From contig NC_043004.1 of NCBI RefSeq assembly GCF_006345805.1, positions 11,718,001 to 11,782,000 on the forward strand: 64,000 nucleotides of DNA, in the 5' to 3' direction. Of the stretch, positions 1 to 12,946 are shown in pieces; the first letter of the stretch is position 1, and each line of letters begins with the position of its first letter. Under the pieces are notes generated by a model that did no database searches, was not told the DNA's origin, and saw only the letters and a list, made by a program, of their open reading frames with translations. The translations under genes and the position numbers were made by a program. Origin of the DNA: Octopus sinensis. Its lineage: Eukaryota.

Positions 1-285
1 ATTTCGGGGTCTATTAAATAAGTACCAGTTACGCACTGGGGTCGATATAATCGACTTAATCCGTGTGTCTGTCCTTGTTTGCCCCCTCTGTGTTTAGCCC
101 CTTGTGTGCAATAAAGAAATAGCTATTTCTATCGTCTTTATTTCTGACTTCAAATTTCGCCGAGGTCGATTTTGCTTTCATCCTTTCGGGGTCGATAAAT
201 TAAGTACCAGTTGCGTACTGGAGTCGATCTAATCGATTGATTCCCTCCCCAAAAAAGTTCGGGCCTTGTGCCTAGAGTAGAAACG
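1..285 (+). mobile_element. SINE family B, two tandem modules (5' part cut by window edge)
   Basis: Central motif GAGGTCGA..TTTCATCCTTTCGGGGTCGATAAATTAAGTACCAGTT recurs at 20570-21178, 45140-45715, 47296-47632 and 56535-56745. Confidence 0.8.
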
Positions 286-959
286 ACTACGTATCGGGTT
301 CGATTCGTTCAACCAAAACCCTTCTTCAAAGCACTGTCCCAGCATGACAGCAGTCTAATGACAGACACAAATTAAAAAAAAAACGTAACAGATAAGCAGT
401 GAACACACGAACTGGTGTCTATAACATTGATATCTTCAGCAGTTAATTATTAGGTTTTTAGTATCGAAAAACTTTGCCGCACTTAATATCCAAAGAATTT
501 GATAAAACAATTTGTTGTTTCTAAATAATTTGAATAGCTAAAATAGAAGTTAAAGAAGTGTCTGTTGATCACGATCTTTGAATATATTTACTTTCTATAA
601 ATAAAAAAAAAAAGAAAAACGACTCTATCAGAATTCGACGCTATTTATTTCAAACACTGAAGTTTTAGATCAAAGCTCTTTAAAACACAAAAGAAATTAA
701 AAATTATGTGACCAAGAATTTTACAAAATTCCAAAATGGAGAAGAAAGATTTTAAAGAAGGTGTACTTAAAAATAACAACAACAACAACAGAAATGAGTG
801 GGTAAATAGTAAAAAAAAAAAAAAAAAGAGAGATTTTGATATCGCCTGCACATATTAATGATGTCGCCACCCAGATTATATCAAACTACGCTATGCAGAG
901 TATTCGGTATGTTAGTAGATTGCAATCACTTCTTTGGGAAGGGCAGTTTTATACAGCGT

Positions 960-1152
960 TGGCAATGACGATGAGGACCATGACGATGACGATGATGATG
1001 ATGATGAAGATGATGAAGATGATGGTGGTGGTAACGATGATGATGATGATGATGATGAATCAAGTTCATTATCTTCATCGCGATCACGACGATAACGGTC
1101 GTGATAACGATGATCATGACAATGATGGTGATGATGACGATTACGATGATGA

Positions 1153-1186
<34 letters not shown>

Positions 1187-1845
1187 GGTGGTGGTGGTGG
1201 TAGTTGTGGCGATGATGATAATGATAAGGATTATAATGAGAATTTGGATAAATCGAGTGCTAATGACGATGAGATAGTCACGACAACGATGATAATGACG
1301 ACACCGTTGATGATGACGACGACGACGATGATTATGTTGACGGTGACCGTGATAGTGTTGGCTGTGGTGGTGGTGGTTGTGATGGTAGTGGTTGTAGTGG
1401 TGATGGTGGTGATGTCGTCGTCATGATGATGATGATGATGATGATAATGACTATATTGGTGTTGATGGTGATAATGGTAGTGATGGTGTTGTTGTACTTG
1501 TTGCTGTTGTTGTGGTTGCGGTGGTAGTGTTAGTGCTGTTGATGTTGTTGGTGTTGTTGGTGGTGTTGTTGGTGTTGTTGTTGTTGTTGTTGCTGTTGTT
1601 GGTTGCGTTGGTGGGGGTGTTGGTGTTGTTGGTGTTGTTGTTGTTGTCGTTGTTGCTGTTGTTGTTGTAGTTGGTTGCGGTGGTGGTGGTGGTGGTAGTC
1701 ATGGTGGTGGTGGGGATAGAGATGATGACGATTCTTGACAGCGTTGATGTCGGTGGAGATGATGAAGATTGGTGATGATGTCGATGACAACAACGATGAT
1801 GATGATGATGATGATGATGATGTTAATGACGACGACCAAGGTCAT

Positions 1846-1876
<31 letters not shown>

Positions 1877-1945
1877 ATTACGAAGAGCGCAACGACAATG
1901 ACGAGAGGCGAAGATGGCTGCGGCGACAACGTCAAAATGACGACA
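960..1945. repeat. Compound trinucleotide microsatellite field (GAT/GGT/GTT/GAC)
   Basis: Direct inspection; explains the poly-M/D/G/V/Q/H ORFs on both strands. Confidence 0.95.
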
Positions 1946-2344
1946 ACATCAATTTACAAGAATGAAACACCTCTAACGGCTGTCTCTCAAAGACACACGA
2001 TTTCTCTATGCGAATGTATCTATGTCTATGCATTATATATATATATATATATATATATAATACATATGTGTGTGTGTGTGTGTGTGTGTGTGTATGCGTG
2101 TATTGTACGTGTGCGTTTACGTACATTTGTGCTCGTGTGTTGTTGTTTCCAAAAATTACTGACTTATAGCACCCACTTGACAAAGATGCTTTTGATTTTT
2201 TTTTATCCATTTTTATTCTTCTTTTCTCTCAATCTTCCGAGTTTATATTTATTTCTTTTGATCGGTCACTTAATAGAATTTTTTCTTGATAACGAAATTG
2301 AATTCCAATATCTGGTGCTTTTTTTAATAGTATTACACTTTCTC

Positions 2345-2381
2345 ATTATTAACATTATTATCATTATCATTATTATTATTA

Positions 2382-2457
<76 letters not shown>

Positions 2458-2511
2458 TTTTTTTTTCTTCTTTCAAATTTGCTTCCATTTCTTGCCGAGT
2501 GTCTTCCCGAC

Positions 2512-2570
<59 letters not shown>
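2345..2570. repeat. Two (ATT)n arrays
   Basis: Direct inspection. Confidence 0.95.
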
Positions 2571-3789
2571 TGTTATGTTTTTTTTTTATTTTTGTTTCTG
2601 TCTTTTTTTAATTTTTTTTTATTTTTGTTTTTGTCTTTAAAAAATTTTTTTTTTTTTTGCTTTTTTACCAGATATTATTTATAATTTAAATTTTAGCATT
2701 ATTAACAGACATGAAGGCTGTCTTTTGCTTGCTTGCTTGCAATGGTGTTACTGAACTTAATTCTTGATAACGAGCCACGTTGATAGATCAATATGACATG
2801 TATGTATGTATGTATGTACGTACGTATGCGTAGGATGTACGCATGAATATCTGTATGTAGGCATGAGCCTATCTTTATGCGTATTTGTCCAAGTAGGTAT
2901 GTACATGTGATTACAACATATGCTTGTATTCATGCATGCATATGCGTGGGCTTGTGTGTATATATGTGTATGTGTATGTATATAGATGTATGTGCTGTAT
3001 ATCTGTGAGCACATAAATATATATGGGTTAGCACATATATGAGCGATATATGTTTGTATTTGTGCATATATATATGTATGTCGCTGTGTGGAGATGTCCA
3101 TATAGGTATGTATGTATGTATCTATGTATAAAATTTATGAAATGTATAAAAATCTTTCTCACTTTCTCTCTCTCATTCCTTCTCCCTCTCTCTCTCTCTC
3201 TCTCTTTCATCCTATCTTTCTTTCTCCTCTCTCTCCCTCTCAATATTTTTCCGATTCCTATCTTGATTCATTCAAAAAAATGTCCAGTCAAAACTTGACT
3301 TATGTTTCCGATACGTTATCGGAAAGTTACTAATGTCCTCATATTCCGTTTGTTTAAGCTGGCTAAGGAAACAAGTGTTGAGTTCGTTTTACACAACCAG
3401 GGTCTCACCCGTAGCCAAATGGTTGTTTTCACATATATGTATTTAACAGGAAAAATTTAAGACGCTTAATTCTGTTCCAAACTTCTTGAGTAGACTAATG
3501 CTACAATTCTTAATATCTTACTATCATTCCTCAGCTTAAATTCCTCGAAATATTTTGCATTCAACTAGTATTTTCTTTTAATCTTTGAGTTGTTTCAATC
3601 ATTAGAGTTCCGCCACGCAAGAGGGGCCATCACAAATGGGTTTCAGACGCTGATATTGACCCCCACCTCAGTTCTGTATTTTTAAGTTTGGTACATATTT
3701 TTGAGATTTATATTTATCTGATTGCTATAATATATATATTTATCTGATGGGTATAACCACAATCGGTGGTTTTACAAATGGTGGCATAG

Positions 3790-5193
3790 GTACAAAGACA
3801 CAAATACAAACGCGCATATGAACACAGACCTGCACATAAAAAACACGTGTATGTATGTACGATGTATGGATAATGCATGTATATATGTATTTATGATGTA
3901 TGTATGTATAATGTATGTACGTATGTATGATGTATGTAGGTATGCTGTATGCATGATGTATGTATGGATGATGCATGTATGATGAATGTCTATATGTATT
4001 ATGTATGTTTTGTGTATATATGCATGTATCATGTTTGTATATATGTATGTATGATGTATGTATGTATGAGGTATGTATGATGTATGTGTTGTATGATGTA
4101 TGTATGCTGTATGTTTGTATGTATGATGTATGTATGTATGCATGCATGCATGTATCTATGTATGTAAGTATGTATGTATGTATGTATGTATGTATGTATG
4201 TATGTATGTATGTATGTATGCATGTATGTATGCATGTATGTATGTATGAATGCATGTATATATGAATGCATGTATGTATGTATGTATGTATGTATATATA
4301 TATGTATCTATGTATGTATGTTCTTTTTAATTTACAGTAAACTATTGACCGGCCACCTACTTGGTAGCAAGGTTGTGAAGGAAAGTATCTTGGTTTAACC
4401 ATCATCCTTTAAATCTTAAGAAGGTCTTGCAGACATTTATAGTCCCAGTTATCGCGATCATTTCTAGCTTATGAATTTGATTTGCATTCTCTCTCCAAGA
4501 CCCCAAGTTCAACCATACTTCCAGACGGGTTGGTATGTTTCCTGTTGCTCCAATAATAATAGGTATTAAGCTGAAAGTGTATCTGGGGCACCGGATTTAC
4601 AAACTCCTTAGCAATGGTCCCTAGATAACCTCTTTCTCTTGTATTTTTCTAATCACATCTGTACCCAGAGGGCAGCCGATTTCCAAAACTGAACATACCT
4701 TTTCTTTGTGGTCCTACACAACAATATACGTCCGGTTGTGTTTCAAGTCGGTAGCTGTTTTAATATTCAAGTTCCAGCAAAATTATTTTGACTCATCGGT
4801 CTCAGTATGTATGTATGTATGTATGTATGTATGTATGTATGTATGTATGTATGTATGTATGTATGCATGTGCGTACGTACGTACGTATGTATGTACGTAC
4901 GTACGTACGTACGTATGTATGTATGTATGTATGTATGTATGTATGTATGTATGTATATATGCATGTATGTACGTACGTACGTATGTATGTATTTATGTAT
5001 GTAGGTATGTGTGTATATATGTAAACATGTATGTATGCATGTATGTATGTATTTATATATGTATGTATATATGTATGTATGCATGCATGTATGTATGTAT
5101 GTGTGTATGCATGTATTTATGTATGTATGTATGTATGCATGTATTTATGTATGTATACATGTATGTATGTATGTATGTATGTATGTATGTATG

Positions 5194-5227
<34 letters not shown>

Positions 5228-6279
5228 TGTATGTATGCATTAAACTTCCATGCAACAGCAGATACACGTCAGAGAACACTGGATCGTTGCTGAATGATAG
5301 AGTTCTACTTCTTTTGCTCTTATGCATGTGGTTTGTTATTGTTGTTGTTGTTGTTGTGTGTGTGCTATATACAACAGAAGCAGCCTACGATTAAAATAGC
5401 CGTCTTTATATCATACTTAATGCAGATACACCGTAAATGTAAATTTACTGCGATATTAGTCCGGCGATAAAATAAAACTCTTACGGACGAATTGTGTTTA
5501 AAAACACAAAAAAACACACACCTAACAGCGGTGGTGCGGTTTACCACTGGGACTTTAGACGACGGGAACATTACAAGGACAATTTACAATTTTTGTGTGG
5601 GCTGGTGCGTAGAAGATGAAAAGAAAGAAAAGAAATACTGACAATTACATGAACACCGTACCAGATTGTTAGGAAACAAGGTGAGAGAAGTTAAAAGTTA
5701 TAGATTTAGTTTATAAATGTTAATAAATGAGAGTCACTAACGATTTATGATGCTAAATGGATCGCAAATATAGTGAGTATGAATATCAAGGATAGAACAG
5801 ACTCGTAGAAACGGAAAGGTTGCAGGAGGTTGACAGGAGGAAAAAAGGCAGCTGTAAAGCGGGAAGTGGAGATTTTAGTGCGTTATGTGAGTACAAAGTG
5901 GGGTACGTAAGTGTGAATGTGTGTATTTAAATGTGTACACACAAGAGTGTTGGGACATAAAAATCGGTGGAGGGCTTATATAAAAGCAGTTATTAAAATA
6001 GAATACATGGTAGATATGACAGGTTGATAGATTAATTTACGTTTTATGGTGCTAATATTTGTATAAGTTTTGAATGGGGGGAAAAAGAGAAAGTAAATGA
6101 AAGAATAACAAGAAAGGAAATAAAAAAAAACAGAAATAGAGATAAGGAATGATTTCGTGTGTTCGGTTTTAGATGAAAGAGTTTTAGCATAGACGCACAA
6201 AAGCAAACACTTAAACACACGCAGACATAAACGCAGCTATAAACACACATACGTATACATGAATACATACATACATACA

Positions 6280-6311
<32 letters not shown>

Positions 6312-6417
6312 CATACATACATATATACATACATACATACGTTCGTGTATACCTACATATACATACATGCATACGTACGTATATTTGCACACATTCACAC
6401 ATACATTCATACATACA

Positions 6418-6453
<36 letters not shown>

Positions 6454-6540
6454 TATTATACATACATACATACGCACATACATATATACCTATATACATA
6501 CGTACGTATGTTTGTACACATACATACATGCATGGATACA

Positions 6541-6576
<36 letters not shown>

Positions 6577-6805
6577 TATATATACATACATACGCACATA
6601 CATATATACCTATATACATACGTACGTATGTTTGTACACATACATACATACATGCATGAATACATACATAATACATATATACATATACATACATGCATAC
6701 GTACCTCCATACATACATACATATGTACATACGAACTACGTAAGTTCGTACATACATACAAACATACATACATGCACACATACCTACATACACACATAAA
6801 TACAT

Positions 6806-6836
<31 letters not shown>

Positions 6837-6845
6837 TACATATAT
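3790..6845. repeat. (TATG)n/(CATA)n tetranucleotide microsatellite fields interleaved with other sequence
   Basis: Direct inspection; source of MYVC/HTYI ORFs. The same class of field recurs throughout the window (e.g. 10-11.4 kb, 12.7-12.9 kb, 14.1-14.3 kb, 59.0-59.3 kb). Confidence 0.9.
4340..4803 (-). mobile_element. R4/Dong-like (RLE-clade) non-LTR retrotransposon, degenerate C-terminal endonuclease region and 3' end
   Basis: Manual minus-strand translation LKHNRTYIVV*DHKEKVCSVLEIGCP...IRKIQEKE...IPIIIGATG...ITGTINVCKTFLRFKG* resembles the RLE HNRPDIV..IEVSCP motif and C-terminus; in-frame stops; homologous to 57620-57900. Confidence 0.75.
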
Positions 6846-6929
6846 ATATGATATACGGAGGGAGAGAAAAGAAGAGAGAAAGCAATGAATAAATAACTCA
6901 TTATTTATATTAATAATTTTTAGCACACT

Positions 6930-7190
6930 TAGTGAAATATACCTCGGATAGACTAATTACGATACACCCTCTGGAATACGAATAAATTTCGTTACCGATT
7001 ACGCATTCCCTTAGGTCATACAGCATATTACAAATAATATTAACAGACGTATATCTAAGTTCTCATCGGTCAGAGAACTATTTAATATAAATTCCCACTA
7101 CAACGATATAGCTTTCGCTCGAAGTGATTATAATGATAAGTTAAAGTATATAGAGCAAACCATATCAAGTCATATATAACCTAGAAATAG
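6930..7190 (+). mobile_element. Penelope-like element (PLE) RT thumb/linker remnant
   Basis: Manual translation VIQHITNNINRRISKFSSVRELFNINSHYNDIAFARSDYNDKLKYIE resembles the PLE I..I.RRIS.LSS..EIF....YN.AL..SGY region and the matching part of the PLE at 32065-32240. Confidence 0.6.
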
Positions 7191-7249
7191 CAAAAGAATT
7201 TAGGTAAATATTCTTCATAGTTTAACTAATAGAGCTGGGTCGGAGAGTG

Positions 7250-7296
7250 TTTGCATCTGACAAGACACTTTGATGTCGAAACACCGATTATCCAAG
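7250..7296 (+). ncRNA. Degenerate type I hammerhead ribozyme-like motif
   Basis: TTTGCAT-CTGACAA-GACA-CTTTGA-TGTC-GAAAC-ACCG-ATT-ATCCAAG: stem II 4 bp, stem I 6/7 pairs, core one change from CTGANGA; about 60 nt downstream of the PLE fragment, same strand. Confidence 0.4.
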
Positions 7297-7337
7297 AATC
7301 TTTTGTATTAATAAATTGTGTATGTTATGAAGAGATA

Positions 7338-7604
7338 TTTGAGTAGAATCCAAAAGTCCAACAGAGTTTAATATGAGTCCTTCCAAATATAGAGTTTATA
7401 AGCAATGTAAAAATAAAAACCTTGAGTCAATGTTTGTATTTTTAAATACAAACCTTGACTCTGCAACACTGTATTCAAATTCCCTACTGGCAATGACCAA
7501 GTTTAAAAATTTGCTTGATTTCATTCATATGGGAATCTTACATTGCTTATAAACTCTGTATTTGGAAGGACTGAATTCTGTTGGACTTTTGGATTTTACT
7601 CAAA
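7338..7604. repeat. Long inverted repeat (about 70-nt arms, about 127-nt spacer)
   Basis: GTCCTTCCAAATATAGAGTTTATAAGCAATGTAA versus the reverse complement of TTACATTGCTTATAAACTCTGTATTTGGAAGGAC (1 mismatch); outer AGTAGAATCCAAAAGTCCAACAGA also pairs. Confidence 0.85.
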
Positions 7605-7753
7605 GGATATTGGAATATTGCATATATACCATTATGCCTAGAAAATGGATTTACAAATTCAATACCCATACATATCTTACTTCTATTTTCTTTCCTCCAC
7701 CTCAATCTCTACTTGTATCACATCGAAACTATGACTTAATTTTTCCTCTCACA

Positions 7754-7806
7754 CCGTCTCCGATGAAGAGATATTATTAATTAATATCCTAGAAACAGCT
7801 GTAAGC
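7754..7806 (+). ncRNA. Degenerate hammerhead variant with palindromic stem III
   Basis: GTCT-CCGATGA-AGA-GATATT-ATTAATT-AATATC-CTA-GAA-ACAGCTGT-A-AG: 6-bp stem II, palindrome ACAGCTGT, GUA cleavage triplet; U4 changed to C and stem I weak. Confidence 0.35.
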
Positions 7807-8174
7807 CATTCTATCTAGAAATGCTCTAGTATCTATACAGCCTTGATTTTTTATCTTATTACGCAAATAATTCTTATATACACACACTGACATAGAACCA
7901 ACATTGAACCCTTTATTCGCAATATTACCGAATCTGGAACTTAACTATGGTCTGTCTATATCACATATTCAGCATTACCTGACACCCTTGGGTCTCAATG
8001 ACACCATTATCTCTTATAACTTCAACTTCTCGCTTATATAAATATATATATATATTCTATTCCTGAACGTTATACTAATACATCTGTTTGTTTTGTACAC
8101 CACTGGTCTTCGTCTTTTGGGGTTTTTTTTCGTAAACTCTCCATACACACATATATATATATGTATATATATAT

Positions 8175-8449
8175 ATTAATAATGAAAGATGCTCCGTGTA
8201 GCACCAGCATCTTAAAATATTAGTCAAAAACGACTCAAAACTTACAAATTTTCACTAATTCACCTTGATGAAATCGGGCAAGATGAGCAGAAATCTTAAG
8301 ACCCGGTACCAATGTCGTACGGTGTCTTACGATTTCTGCTCATTCCTCCACTATCATCAATTTGTATCAGTGAAAATTTGTAGTTTTGAGTCGTTTTCGA
8401 CTGCCACTTTAGCATGTTGGTGCTACCTGTTGCACCCTTCATTATTAAT
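8175..8449. repeat. About 275-nt foldback (about 135-nt imperfect arms, 7-nt loop), MITE-like
   Basis: Arms pair at GTAGCACCA.CAT, GTC.AAAACGACTCAAAAC.TACAAATTTTCACT and ATGAGCAGAAATC.TAAGAC; centre GTAC-CAATGTC-GTAC at 8306-8320. Confidence 0.85.
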
Positions 8450-8505
8450 TAATAATTTTTACATTCAAGGTTTTTTACGCATGCTATGCCAGATATAGAT
8501 CTTGC

Positions 8506-8550
<45 letters not shown>

Positions 8551-9233
8551 TACATTTATGTCTTACGTATTTATTGCTGAGGAGGGGAAAATTCTTATGA
8601 ATTAACCCCGAAATTGAGACCAATAGAGTAATAACGGATTTTTTAGAAATTTCTATCACCTTGTTTCGAGACGCATAAATTATAATGGTTATTGACAATT
8701 TTGTCTTTTTTTCGGCATATTTGGCATTGGAATTTTTCTTTTGCCCTTATTTTATAAGTTATTTATAAATTTAACCTTTAAAGGTATTTTTTGATATGCT
8801 GGCCATTGATAAAATTTTTTTTTAGAAAAAAATTTATCCTACATTCGTTGTATATATATATTTATATATATATATAGACAGACAAGGAAATAATTTTATT
8901 GTCAAACGCATGATAATCCTAATAATATAGCATGAACAGGATAAACTATACACCGTTTGGTTCCTGTTGTAAACAATTAGATGGAAAATATATCTGTGCG
9001 TGTGTATGTGTGCGCGCGCGTGTGTGTATGTGTGAGTGTGCATGTGTGCATGTGTGTGTGTGCCTGCGTGTCTGAGTGTGCGTGTGTGTGTGTGTGTGTT
9101 TATCACAAGGTCATGTATTAGCAGCCGAATGCACATGAATTATCATGCATGTGTGTGTGTATCTGTGTGTGCCTGGTTGCGTTTGTGTATATGTATATGT
9201 GTGTATATGAATGCATGGATGCATATATGCATG

Positions 9234-9271
<38 letters not shown>

Positions 9272-9429
9272 TATACATAAATCGTACGAGTGTTTAAAAA
9301 GAATATTTTCAAATTATTTTATTAAAAAGAAAACCTTTGGTGATAAACCTATAAAATTAATTAAATATATTTTTAAAAAATTAATAGATAAATAAATAAA
9401 CCTTTATACATTTAAATTTATCTTTTGAC

Positions 9430-9790
9430 ACTAGTTCTACTTGCAGCAAGATAATTTTTTTAACGGCGCGGAATGTGAGCACGGAATGCAATCAGATTAA
9501 AGAAAAGATAGCTTTTGGTTTGTGGTTGCTGGTTAGTACAAGATGGTGTTGGGTTTTTTTTTACTTATTGTATCTTGTAGTAAATTATTACCGAAGATGT
9601 TAATTGAAAAGTTATAAAAGATTTTGTTAAAACATTTCAAGTTGGGTAGAGCGGGGTGTTTGGTTTTATTGCATTTACTAAGTTGAGGTTAAGAAGGCGT
9701 TGAATGTTGTTACGTATTGTTTCAAAACTACGGTATTCGGTAGATAACTTTAGTGAGAAAATTGGTTTGTGGATGGAACGACTAGCTTAG
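9430..9790 (-). mobile_element. Possible highly decayed PLE linker/GIY-YIG-proximal remnant
   Basis: Minus translation KLSTEYRSFETIRNNIQRLLN...TPLYPT*NVLTKS loosely resembles PLE KLSYS.M..I...HN..LL...CPL...CLTK; weak. Confidence 0.25.
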
Positions 9791-10181
9791 TATATAGCAT
9801 GAAAGAAAATGAGAGAAGAGAAACAAAAACACAAGAGAAAAATAGTGAAAAAGAAATTGAAAACTGAAGGTGAGAATGAAAGTAGCTAATTTTTTTAAAA
9901 ATTTTTATCTGTAGAGAAAAAATTAATGAAATGGAGTATATGACCGTTAATAGTAAATATGAATAAATGCGGAAGGTTGGGTGGTGTAAGGACGGTTGTG
10001 TGTAAAGATATCTCTTCTATACAAAGGTATTCGTTTCAAAAATTATACCTATTAAGAAAATACACTTTTTACACAAAAACCCGTGTATAATTATTGCTAC
10101 GTACCACATATAGGTGTATCTCCACACACACACGCACACAAAAACACATATATGTGTATGTAGGTATGTATATGTATGTTA

Positions 10182-10242
<61 letters not shown>

Positions 10243-10342
10243 CCATAATAATACATACGTACAATATCTATATATATGTATGTGTTTATATATATATATA
10301 TATCCGTATATATATATATTATATATATATATATATATATCC

Positions 10343-10400
<58 letters not shown>

Positions 10401-10508
10401 CTATGTATCTATGTATCTATGTATCTATGTATGTTTGTTGTGTGATGTATATATATGCGCATAGACATATCCTTAAACATTCATATATGTACGTAAGTAT
10501 ATATATGG

Positions 10509-10561
<53 letters not shown>

Positions 10562-11185
10562 TGAGTGTGTGTGCACATGCATTCATTTATGTATGTATGT
10601 ATATGAATACGCACACACATTCACATAAGCACATGTATATATGTGTATATGAATATATACATTCTTATATGACATTTACAAACTAATAAGCAAGCATGAA
10701 CACACACCACACGCACACACATACATACACATACACACACTTACGACTAGAAGCACATACGCATATGCATATATGCCCCACACACGTATTTAGACACACA
10801 TATAAACCTATTTTCTGCAGTATATGAAAAACCAATATACAAACATTATAGCTATATAAATTCATGAAAAAATTTTATAAATATATGAAATAATAAATAT
10901 CTAGAAATATAAAAGAGCATGTCTCGTTATAAATATATATATATATTATATATATATATATATGAATATATATGCATATATGTATGTGTCTATACGCATA
11001 TATATCTATATGTATATATTATATATATTTATATATGCATATATCTACACATACACATTTATATATATATAAATGTGTATGGTTATGCGTGTATTCATAA
11101 GTCTGTGTATGTGGAGAGGGAGGAAGCTAAAAGCGAAGTGAGGGAGAAACCTCACTCTCTTTCTCTCTCTCTCTATGCATGTATT

Positions 11186-11217
<32 letters not shown>

Positions 11218-11247
11218 CATATATATACATATGTATATATATATACA

Positions 11248-11300
<53 letters not shown>

Positions 11301-11330
11301 ATATATATATAATGTATATGTATGTATATG

Positions 11331-11361
<31 letters not shown>

Positions 11362-11569
11362 TTACAAATGCATACATACATATATTGAGAGAGAGAGAGG
11401 GAGAGAGAGAGAGAGAGAGAGATGTACGTATCTGTTTAAATGAGTAACTTCCTTATCTGTTTGTTGGTGATCACCGTGAGATCGAATGTCATTATTGTGG
11501 TTAAATGTATTTGTAAAATGAAGTTTTTTTAGAATGAAGTCTATCTTTTATTTGTTTTATTTGCTAGAT

Positions 11570-11930
11570 ATCGGCCATGCTGGAGCAGTGTCCTTGAAGA
11601 ATTTTAATCGAATGACTTGACCCCACTATTTTTCTTATTTAAAGCCTTGTACTTATTCTATCACTATCTTTCGCCGAGCCGCTAAGTTAGAGAGACATAA
11701 ACACACCAACACCGGTTGTCAAGTGGTGGTGCAATACAAACACAAACACAATGTCACGCGCACATCGATATATTCATACATATACATATCTGTGTATATA
11801 CGAGGGTTTTTGTTTTTCAGTTTCTGCCTACCATATTCACTCACAAGGCTTTAGTCGGCATAGGCTATAGTACAAGGCATCTGCCCAAGGTGTCACGCAG
11901 TGGGATTGAACCCGGAACTATGTAGTTAGC
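11570..11930 (-). mobile_element. SINE family A (tRNA-like head, CORE-like box, internal microsatellite, LINE-like tail), diverged copy
   Basis: Similar by eye to 44555-45008: CCTTGGGCAGATG box, CTTGACAACC, AACTTAGCGG, CCAGCATGGCC. Confidence 0.75.
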
Positions 11931-12194
11931 GCTTGTTGAGAATGAATCTATCTTATTATAGACGATTTCGCAGCTAGATCCAGGAGCAAGGATGACCTGA
12001 GAAAACTATTTCTTCCTAACCACAGTTAACAGTCGGAAAAATCTGTCAGCCAGGAATTACCTTAAAGCTGCTTCGCAAAGCATTAGTTTTTTCTCTTCTA
12101 CAGAGAGAATATTTATTTCTTTATTGCCCACAGGGGGCTAAACATAGAAGGAACAAACAAGGACAAAGTGATTAAGTCGATTACATCGACTCCA

Positions 12195-12665
12195 GTCCCA
12201 CTGCGTGGCACCTTGGGCAAGTGTCTTCGCTTGATAACCAATGCGACCGATAGAATAATTACTAGGCTCACAAAGAATAAGTCCTGAGATCGATTTGTTC
12301 GACTAAAGGCGGTGCTCCAGGTAGTTCCGAATTCAGTCCCACTACGGGGCACCTAGTCTTCTACGGTTGCTCGGGCGGACCAGACATTTTGTAGACAGAA
12401 ACTGAGAGATACCTGTAATATATACATATATATGTGTGCGTGTGGGTGTGTGCGTGTGTGTGTGTGGAGTCTGCGTTTGCCCCACTATCTACAACGCTGC
12501 TTTAACATCCGGACTCGATTTACGTCCCCATAAGCTAGCAGTTCCGCCAAAGACATCGGTAAAATAAATACCACGCTTAAAACCACTATTTGCTCCTATC
12601 GATTCGTCCGACTAAGATTATTCAAGGTGGTGCCCCAGCAATTCCACAGTCTAATGTCTGAAACC
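12195..12665 (+). mobile_element. Rearranged/chimeric SINE family A fragments (two partial copies)
   Basis: GGCACCTTGGGCAAGTGTCTTC joined directly to the tail GACCGATAGAATAA...GGCGGTGCTCCAG, then a second decayed copy ending CCACAGTCTAATGTCTGAAAC; preceded by a family B tail fragment (12110-12190, minus). Confidence 0.65.
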
Positions 12666-12801
12666 ATTATTGTATATAGTGTCAATATTTTTCTCTCTAA
12701 GTATACCATCTGTACACTTTTCTAACAACTTAATGAGTAATACATATATACATGCACATATACATGCATGCATACAGATACATACATACATGCATACACG
12801 C

Positions 12802-12832
<31 letters not shown>

Positions 12833-12946
12833 CATACATACATACATACATACATACATACATGCATACAAGCTTACATACCTATATACATACAAGCATA
12901 CAAACATGCATGCATACATACATTCATACATAAATACATACATACA

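Noticed and set aside
836-2611. Long ORFs (196 aa, 280 aa) with poly-M/D/G/I/Y runs
   Set aside because: Translations of trinucleotide microsatellites that are open on both strands; no domain and no convincing splice structure.
3740-6926. Dozens of MYVC/HTYI/IYIY-type ORFs here and throughout the window
   Set aside because: Stop-free frames of (TATG)n, (TA)n and (CA)n repeats.
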